Shown here one piece after another: positions 57,619 through 64,000 of a stretch of DNA of 64,000 nucleotides. The DNA lies in the NCBI GenBank assembly GCA_964249755.1, contig CAXUDB010000002.1, positions 548,267-612,266 on the forward strand, in the 5' to 3' direction. How positions within the stretch are numbered: position 1 is the first letter of the stretch; every line of letters begins with the position of its first letter. The notes beneath the pieces were generated by a model. That model saw nothing but the letters and a program-made list of their open reading frames with translations. It did no database searches and was not told where the DNA came from. This DNA comes from an uncultured Ilyomonas sp. (GTDB lineage: Bacteria > Bacteroidota > Bacteroidia > Chitinophagales > Chitinophagaceae). The position numbers and the translations under genes are program-made.

Positions 57619-57643
57619 AAGCGGATGTTACATCCGCTTTTTT
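57619..57643 (+). terminator. Terminator after tRNA-Thr
   Basis: aagcggatgt-tacatccgctttttt. Confidence 0.82.
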
Positions 57644-57801
57644 ATTTTAACTCATTCTCATTTCATCAAAACAAATAGACATTTCTTCTGGTGTGAATAA
57701 ACTTTACTCATCCTGCACAAATCCAACACAATAAAAACAGCGCAGAAGAGTTGACATCTTTGTAACAAAAGTTCCTTGTTTCAGTCATTACTTTTATCAG
57801 C

Positions 57802-58689
57802 ATGAATATTTCCTACAACGAACAACAGTTTGAACGCAATAAAAATATAAAAGCATTGGCTATAACGATAGCTGTTTGCGTCGCTATGTTTTTATTAATG
57901 ATATTGGTGAGCTGGACGCCGCCGCAAACGCCGCTGCCTTTGGTTGATAACGGTATTGAAGTGAACCTGGGAAACAGCGATGCCGGCTTGGGTACTGTAG
58001 CTCCGCAAATACCCGGCGAGCCATCTAAAGCCGAAGAAACGGATGTTCAGCCTCCAAAAGCAATTGCATCACACGATGAACCGGAGGAAAGCAAAGAAGT
58101 GGCTGACAACGAGGAAAAGGAAACGCCCGTCATTCATACATCACCCAAACCCAAAGAACAGCCCAAACATGAAACCGTAATACCAAAGGCAAAGCCGAAA
58201 GAAAAAGAACAAGCAGTTGTAGCGCCACCGGCACCGCCCAAGCCAAAAGCCGTGTACAAAGGCGGAACGGCACAGAATAACTCTGGCGGCAATGGAGCCG
58301 ATAGCTATAATGGCGTGCGCAACCAAGGCATTGCCGGCGGCAAAGGCGACCAAGGCAAAGCCTATGGAAATCCTGCTTCTGACAGTTACACCGGTAACGG
58401 TGGCACGGGAAAAGGCGGCGTGAGTATTCGCAGCGGATTGAGCGGAAGAAAATTTACGCATTTGCCATCCTTTACCGACGACTTTAACGAAAATGCAAAA
58501 GTTGCCGTTGACATAACCGTAGATGCGGCTGGCAACGTAACCAATGCTACCCGCAACCCGCGTGGAACCACTACTACCAATAGTGGCATCATTGGAATCG
58601 CATTATCAAAGGCAAGACAACTAAAACTGAACAAAGGAACTGATGAACAAACCGGCACAATTGTATTCGATTTCAAGCTTCGTGGTTAG
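57802..58689 (+). CDS. TonB-like energy-transducer-family protein
   Basis: N-terminal TM helix, Pro/Glu/Lys-rich spacer, Gly-rich segment, TonB_C-like end 'KVAVDITVD..GNV..A...GTIVFDFKL'. Confidence 0.7.
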   Translation: MNISYNEQQFERNKNIKALAITIAVCVAMFLLMILVSWTPPQTPLPLVDNGIEVNLGNSDAGLGTVAPQIPGEPSKAEETDVQPPKAIASHDEPEESKEVADNEEKETPVIHTSPKPKEQPKHETVIPKAKPKEKEQAVVAPPAPPKPKAVYKGGTAQNNSGGNGADSYNGVRNQGIAGGKGDQGKAYGNPASDSYTGNGGTGKGGVSIRSGLSGRKFTHLPSFTDDFNENAKVAVDITVDAAGNVTNATRNPRGTTTTNSGIIGIALSKARQLKLNKGTDEQTGTIVFDFKLRG

Positions 58690-58715
58690 GCTGGATTCAG
58701 CATCTTTGCGGTGCT

Positions 58716-60005
58716 ATGAACTATCAGGAAACAATTGATTATCTCTATAAAAAACTTCCGCTTTTTAGTCGTCTTGGTGCAGCCGCCATTAAAGCCGATC
58801 TCACCAATACCATCACGCTTTGTGAAGCTTTAGACAATCCGCAAAAAAACTTTGCTGCCATACATGTAGCGGGCACTAATGGCAAGGGCTCTGTAAGCCA
58901 TATGCTGGCAGCCATCCTGCAAACGGCGGGTTACAAAACAGGTCTTTATACCTCGCCTCATCTGGTAGATTTCCGGGAAAGGATTAAGATAAACGGCGAG
59001 CTGTGCGAACCCCGGTTTGTAGTCGATTTTACAGATAAAATAAAGCCGTTGATTGAAGAGATAGAACCTTCATTTTTCGAAATAACGGTTGCTATGGCGT
59101 TCGATTATTTTAGTAAAGAGAAAGTAGATATCGCTATTATAGAAACGGGACTGGGCGGGCGTTTGGACAGTACAAATATCATCACGCCAATTCTCAGCAT
59201 CATTACCAATATCGGTCTTGACCATACACAGATTTTGGGTGAAACGCTTTCGCAAATCGCTTACGAGAAAGCAGGCATCATAAAGCCGGGCGTACCAGTG
59301 GTGATAGGCGAGGTATTGCCCGAAACCGAATCTGTATTTGTAAATACAGCCAGAGAAAAATCAGCGCCGCTAATGATAGCCCAGGAAAGTTATTATGTTT
59401 CGGAATTTGCGTATGAACACAATGCGCTTACGGTTACCATTGCCAATACAAAGACTGACGACAGGGAAACTTATCATTTAGATTTACCGGGTGTTTATCA
59501 AACCAAAAACATCATCACTGTTATAGATGCCGTTCGATACCTGCAATCTCTTGATTATACGATCTCAGCAGCTGGAATAAAAGAAGCCTTGCATAAAGTG
59601 AAAAAGCTAACAGGCTTGCATGGCAGATGGGAACTGCTTCGTCATAAACCAGCGGTGATAGCTGATGTGGCACACAATGCTGATGGCATGAAAGCGTTGG
59701 CTGAACAGATTGAATTGACTACCTACCATACACTTCATATCATCATTGGGATGGTGAAAGATAAAGATGTTTTTGGTGCTTTGGCTTATCTGCCAAAGAC
59801 AGCTAACTATTATTTTACCCAGCCACAAACACCTCGAGCCTTGCCTGCAGATCAAATGGCTGAAATCGGCGCCGGTATTGGCTTGCATGGCAGAACATTC
59901 GACCACGTGAATGAAGCATTGCAGCACGTAATTACGCACGCACACGAAGATGATCTTGTGCTAATTTGCGGAAGTGTGTTTTTGGTAGGAGAGGTAATGG
60001 CGTAA
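58716..60005 (+). CDS. folC: Folylpolyglutamate synthase/dihydrofolate synthase
   Basis: 'HVAGTNGKGS', 'YTSPHL', 'ETGLGGRLDSTN', 'DVAHN', 'CGSVFLVG'. Confidence 0.95.
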   Translation: MNYQETIDYLYKKLPLFSRLGAAAIKADLTNTITLCEALDNPQKNFAAIHVAGTNGKGSVSHMLAAILQTAGYKTGLYTSPHLVDFRERIKINGELCEPRFVVDFTDKIKPLIEEIEPSFFEITVAMAFDYFSKEKVDIAIIETGLGGRLDSTNIITPILSIITNIGLDHTQILGETLSQIAYEKAGIIKPGVPVVIGEVLPETESVFVNTAREKSAPLMIAQESYYVSEFAYEHNALTVTIANTKTDDRETYHLDLPGVYQTKNIITVIDAVRYLQSLDYTISAAGIKEALHKVKKLTGLHGRWELLRHKPAVIADVAHNADGMKALAEQIELTTYHTLHIIIGMVKDKDVFGALAYLPKTANYYFTQPQTPRALPADQMAEIGAGIGLHGRTFDHVNEALQHVITHAHEDDLVLICGSVFLVGEVMA

Positions 60006-60031
60006 GATTGAAACTCCATAAATGAGTAAAC

Positions 60032-60072
60032 AAAAAGAAGCAGCCTGTAAACATTACAGGCTGCTTCTTTTT
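60032..60072. terminator. Bidirectional terminator
   Basis: aaaaagaagcagcctgtaa-aca-ttacaggctgcttcttttt. Confidence 0.88.
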
Positions 60073-60093
60073 ATCTTGACTAATAAATTTTTC

Positions 60094-61017
60094 TTACTCT
60101 ATGAAGGTATTAAATGACCCTTTGATAAGTGTAAGGTTATTTCCATTGTCATCCTCAGTCCAGCAATGAAAGGAACCTATGATATGCTTGGCAGAAGCAT
60201 CGTAAGATGTAATCTTTATGTAAGAATAGCTTTTGTTTGCATCATTGGCATCATCCACAACATCTTCATCAGACTGGTAAACAATTGTATAATCCGGAAG
60301 ATTATACAAACCGACTACATTGTCTTCTTCAATGGGATATATACCTGTTTTTACAACACCGTTTGGCAAGGCAAATGAAACACCAAATACCTGATTCGGA
60401 TCACTGCCAACTCCTGCAATGTTTAGAACAATAGGATTATCTGAATTATCAACTGTAGCTTTTGTAATAAACGTTCCTGAATAGCTGGTGCCGGAAATGG
60501 AATCGGTAAAATGCCATTCATTATCATTCAGCGGATTAGTATCTATAAAGCTGGTATCAATAGCCACTGTTCCACCCCCCAAACCTGTTCCGGTGCTGTC
60601 TTGCACCTCTATACTAAAACCGCAGGTTCCTAACGAATCTACATTGAACGTAAAGTCATTTGTCTGAACCAGAATTGGCGTGCCTCTCGCTTTTAAAATC
60701 AAAGTATCTAAACCTGTTTTGCTGAAGAAGCCTGAATCGGCAAATGAAAATCCATTTTGGGTTGAACTGGCAATATTATAATTACCTGTCTTTTGTATAT
60801 TCACAATGACGGTAATAAAATTCAGATCTCCCGCTGCCGGCACCCCATTGTAATAGTTACCACTTACCTCTATCGGGAAGCAAGCTTTGGTTGAGTCGTC
60901 GTGCAGACTAAAGGTTGCATTGTTGAGGTTTGACTCTTGGCTTAGCTCTTTCTGACACGACAAAGAAAAAAGAGCCATCACAACAAATAAAAAACCGTAA
61001 ACCGCTATTCGCTTCAT
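60094..61017 (-). CDS. Hypothetical beta-rich lipoprotein
   Basis: Lipobox 'SLSC-QKELS'; 'GNYNIASSTQNGFSF..SG', C-terminal 'IGSFH....IKGSFN'. Confidence 0.75.
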   Translation of the reverse strand: MKRIAVYGFLFVVMALFSLSCQKELSQESNLNNATFSLHDDSTKACFPIEVSGNYYNGVPAAGDLNFITVIVNIQKTGNYNIASSTQNGFSFADSGFFSKTGLDTLILKARGTPILVQTNDFTFNVDSLGTCGFSIEVQDSTGTGLGGGTVAIDTSFIDTNPLNDNEWHFTDSISGTSYSGTFITKATVDNSDNPIVLNIAGVGSDPNQVFGVSFALPNGVVKTGIYPIEEDNVVGLYNLPDYTIVYQSDEDVVDDANDANKSYSYIKITSYDASAKHIIGSFHCWTEDDNGNNLTLIKGSFNTFIE

Positions 61018-61094
61018 AGGACTAAATTAAAATGGCTGGTTATAATCTGTTACAAAAAAGAAACGATACGCAGGTGATAAAATTGCCCGGCAGG

Positions 61095-62495
61095 TTATTT
61101 AATTTCCCCTACCATATTCGATGGAATGACCCATTCGTCAAACTCCTCCGGCGTGAGATAGCCCAACTGCACCGCCATTTCTTTTAGTGTGGTATTTTGT
61201 TTATGCGCCTTCTGCGCAATTTCAGCCGCCTTGTAATAGCCGATTTTAGGGTTAAGTGCCGTTACCAGCATCAAACTGTTTTGCAGATGTTTATTAATAT
61301 TAGCTTCAATCGGTTCAATACCCACTGCGCATTTATCAGTAAACGAAATACATCCATCACCAATTAATCTTGCGCTGTGCAGGAAGTTATAAATCATCAC
61401 CGGCTTAAACACATTCAGCTCAAAATGACCCGTAGCGCCGCTAATATTAATGGCAACATCATTGCCCAACACCTGCGCTGCAATCATAGTTAAGGCTTCG
61501 CACTGTGTAGGGTTTACTTTGCCCGGCATGATGGAAGAACCTGGCTCATTATCCGGTATAAATATCTCACCGATGCCGCTGCGCGGGCCACTGGACAACA
61601 TGCGGATGTCGTTGGCAATTTTCATCAGGCTTACAGCAACCGTTTTTAAAGCGCCGTGTGCTTCCACAATGGCATCGTGTGCGGCAAGGGCTTCAAATTT
61701 ATTGTCGGCGGTAACAAAGGGTAATCCTGTTAGCTGCGCAATGTGCTTTGCCACTAGCTCACTGTAGCCTTTGGGCGTGTTGATGCCTGTGCCAACCGCA
61801 GTGCCGCCGAGTGCTAATTCGCTGAGATGCGATAAGGTATTTTTGATGGCTTTGATACCGTGGTTTAGCTGCGAAACATAGCCGCTGAATTCCTGACCCA
61901 AGGTAAGTGGCGTGGCATCCATAAAATGCGTGCGGCCAATCTTCACCACACTTATAAAAGCTTTGCTTTTTTCCGCCAGCGTATCGCGTAGTTTCTCAAT
62001 ACCGGGTATCGTAGTTTCAATTAAGATTTTATATGCCGCTATGTGCATTGCCGTAGGAAACGTATCATTGCTCGACTGCGATTTATTTACGTCATCATTC
62101 GGGTGAATAAACTTGTCTTTATCGGCTAATTGCCCGCCATGAATCACATGCGCACGATAGGCAATCACTTCATTGGCGTTCATGTTGCTTTGTGTGCCGC
62201 TGCCTGTTTGCCATACCACCAGCGGAAACTGATTGTCTAATTTTCCACTTAATATTTCATCGCACACCTCGCCAATGAGTTCGCTTTTTTCTTTGGGTAA
62301 AACACCCAATTCCTCATTGGTTAACGCGGCGGCTTTTTTCAGGTAAGCAAATGCCTTGATGATTTCTTTGGGCATTTTATTGATGTCCTGCGCAATCTTA
62401 AAGTTCTCAATGCTGCGTTGCGTTTGTGCACCCCAGTATACATCAGCAGGCACCTGCACTTCGCCCATTGTATCTTTTTCTATCCGGTAATCCAT
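61095..62495 (-). CDS. fumC: Class II fumarate hydratase
   Basis: 'RIEKDTMG', '[11 protein letters not shown]', 'GRTH', signature '[11 protein letters not shown]'; start moved to ATG 62495. Confidence 0.95.
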   Translation of the reverse strand: MDYRIEKDTMGEVQVPADVYWGAQTQRSIENFKIAQDINKMPKEIIKAFAYLKKAAALTNEELGVLPKEKSELIGEVCDEILSGKLDNQFPLVVWQTGSGTQSNMNANEVIAYRAHVIHGGQLADKDKFIHPNDDVNKSQSSNDTFPTAMHIAAYKILIETTIPGIEKLRDTLAEKSKAFISVVKIGRTHFMDATPLTLGQEFSGYVSQLNHGIKAIKNTLSHLSELALGGTAVGTGINTPKGYSELVAKHIAQLTGLPFVTADNKFEALAAHDAIVEAHGALKTVAVSLMKIANDIRMLSSGPRSGIGEIFIPDNEPGSSIMPGKVNPTQCEALTMIAAQVLGNDVAINISGATGHFELNVFKPVMIYNFLHSARLIGDGCISFTDKCAVGIEPIEANINKHLQNSLMLVTALNPKIGYYKAAEIAQKAHKQNTTLKEMAVQLGYLTPEEFDEWVIPSNMVGEIK

Positions 62496-62590
62496 ATTGT
62501 TTGTGTTAAAGCTGCGAAGATAGTTGGTGGGTGAGAATCGAAAACGGATGACACGGATTTTCAATACACAGATAAGCTGGATCTAAATAA

Positions 62591-62620
62591 AAATTCCGAA
62601 TCAACCCTGATTCGGAATTT
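62591..62620 (-). terminator. Terminator after infC
   Basis: aaattccgaatca-accc-tgattcggaattt with a U-tract on the minus strand. Confidence 0.75.
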
Positions 62621-62691
62621 CTTATGCCATTCAAAATATAAAATCCAAATTATTCGTGCACGTTAGCCCGTGCTACCGGTGTTCTATTTAG

Positions 62692-63261
62692 CTATGCTTT
62701 CTTCTTCGCTGTTTTTGGTGCAAACATCGCCAGCATTCGCTTTCCTTCCATTTTCGGCATGCTTTCCAGTGAACCAAAATCAGCCAAGCGCTCTGCGAAT
62801 TTTAATAGCAGCAGTTGCCCTCGGTCCTGGAACATGATAGCGCGACCTTTAAACTGCACATAGGCCTTTACCTTGTTGCCATCTTTTAAAAATTCTTCGG
62901 CATGCTTGGCTTTAAAGTCAAAGTCATGATCGTCGGTGCCCGGCGTAAAGCGGATTTCTTTTACCTCACTTTGCTTGGCATTGGCTTTCATTTCCTTTTC
63001 CTTGCGCTTCTTCTCATACAGGAACTTTTTATAGTCTATGATTTTGCAAACCGGCGGTGTGGCAGCAGGCGAAATTTCAACCAGGTCAAGCTCTTGTTGC
63101 TGCGCTATCTTTCGCGCTTCGTCGGTGGGGTAGATACCGACTGTAACATTGTCGCCTACAAGACGAATTTCGGGTACACGGATTCTATCGTTGATGCGGT
63201 GTTCAGGCTCCGGTTGCCTGTTAAATCGGGGGTTAAACCTTCCTCTGGGTGGTAATGCCAT
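62692..63261 (-). CDS. infC: Translation initiation factor IF-3
   Basis: 'RINDRI', 'DLVEISP..PPVCKI.DY.KFLYE', 'KEIRF', 'KVK..V.F.GR'. Confidence 0.96.
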   Translation of the reverse strand: MALPPRGRFNPRFNRQPEPEHRINDRIRVPEIRLVGDNVTVGIYPTDEARKIAQQQELDLVEISPAATPPVCKIIDYKKFLYEKKRKEKEMKANAKQSEVKEIRFTPGTDDHDFDFKAKHAEEFLKDGNKVKAYVQFKGRAIMFQDRGQLLLLKFAERLADFGSLESMPKMEGKRMLAMFAPKTAKKKA

Positions 63262-63297
63262 TAATTGACGTTTGGTGAATAATTGTTTTTGTTGTGA

Positions 63298-63561
63298 TTA
63301 AAATAAAACTTTGATAACTGTAATGATTATTCCTGAAAGAGCAAACATAACGCCAACCAACCATATAAGTTGCCTGTTAAACTCAGCTCGCAATTCGCTT
63401 TTCAATTCTGCAAAGCCTGTTTTCATTTCTTGCCGTAACAGTTTAACTTCATTTTGTAAATCTACCAATTCCAGCTTGCTTGCTAAAGTTTGTTTTTCCT
63501 GATTGAATTTATTATCAACAACATTTTCTATTTCTTCTACAAGACTTCGCATCGTTGTCAT
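63298..63561 (-). CDS. Coiled-coil protein with C-terminal TM helix (DUF1640/CCDC90-like)
   Basis: 'LASK.EL..L..E.K....E.K...LIWLVGVMFA' pattern. Confidence 0.7.
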   Translation of the reverse strand: MTTMRSLVEEIENVVDNKFNQEKQTLASKLELVDLQNEVKLLRQEMKTGFAELKSELRAEFNRQLIWLVGVMFALSGIIITVIKVLF

Positions 63562-63634
63562 TCTGAAAATAACGTTTAGAAATTTCGAAGAGGCGTAATG
63601 ATTGTGTTGCTGTCATGCTTTGTAAAAATAAATA

Positions 63635-64000
63635 CTAATTCTCACTTTTCCTTTCCTCAATTTCTTCCCTGATGTTTTGTATAAACTCATCCAGTAATAC
63701 GCTTCCTGCATCGCCCTTTCCCTGCCTGCGAAGCGATATCTTGCCTTCATTCGCCTCCTTTTCACCAATTACCAGCATATAAGGCACTCTGCTTAGTTCT
63801 GCTTCGCGAATTTTCTTGCCGATCTTCTCGCTGCGGTCGTCTGTTTCCACACGAATACCTTTTTTCTTTAGCTTCATCCTCACTTCGTTTGCATATGGCA
63901 AAAACTTATCGCTGATGGGAAGAACTTTTACCTGCAACGGAGCTAACCAGGTCGGGAATTTTCCGGCATAATGCTCTAACAAAAACCCGATGAAACGCTC
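63635..64000 (-). CDS. thrS: Threonine-tRNA ligase, C-terminal part (runs off the window)
   Basis: 'ERFIGFLLEHYAGKFPTWLAP', 'EKIGKKIR', anticodon-binding domain; upstream of infC. Confidence 0.95.
   Translation of the reverse strand, partial: ERFIGFLLEHYAGKFPTWLAPLQVKVLPISDKFLPYANEVRMKLKKKGIRVETDDRSEKIGKKIREAELSRVPYMLVIGEKEANEGKISLRRQGKGDAGSVLLDEFIQNIREEIEERKSEN

Overview
This is a 64-kb chromosomal segment of a Bacteroidota bacterium, probably Chitinophagaceae-like. The assignment rests on gldC, the Bat proteins, the AmgK-RapZ fusion and TAnnTTTG promoters. Most of the window is housekeeping: tatC, fabG, ftsE, dusB, trhO, fbaA, glgA/glgC, gpmI, accA, folC, fumC, infC, the 3' end of thrS, tRNA-Asp(GTC) and tRNA-Thr(CGT). 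An accessory block between the two tRNAs holds a tightly packed operon (DUF3237, SRPBCC, patatin, duplicated-domain membrane protein, DyP peroxidase) preceded by a catalase-fold heme enzyme, plus a cyclase-TPR gene and a GH78 rhamnosidase. No CRISPR array, integrase or transposase was found. The most unusual signals are non-coding. (1) Two degenerate tRNA-Thr-like half copies lie in tandem before the real tRNA-Thr, each with a CCCGA-N4-TCGG palindrome in place of the anticodon arm. (2) That palindrome is also inserted in one of two copies of a nested-hairpin element. (3) A ~100-bp dispersed repeat occurs in three copies. (4) Inverted heptamer tracts occur in several intergenic gaps. (5) Two 21-bp-periodic arrays with a shared CATC core lie next to orphan genes; one runs into a start-less carboxypeptidase-regulatory-like gene end that the ORF track missed. 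All protein calls come from motif recognition by eye; no database searches were run.
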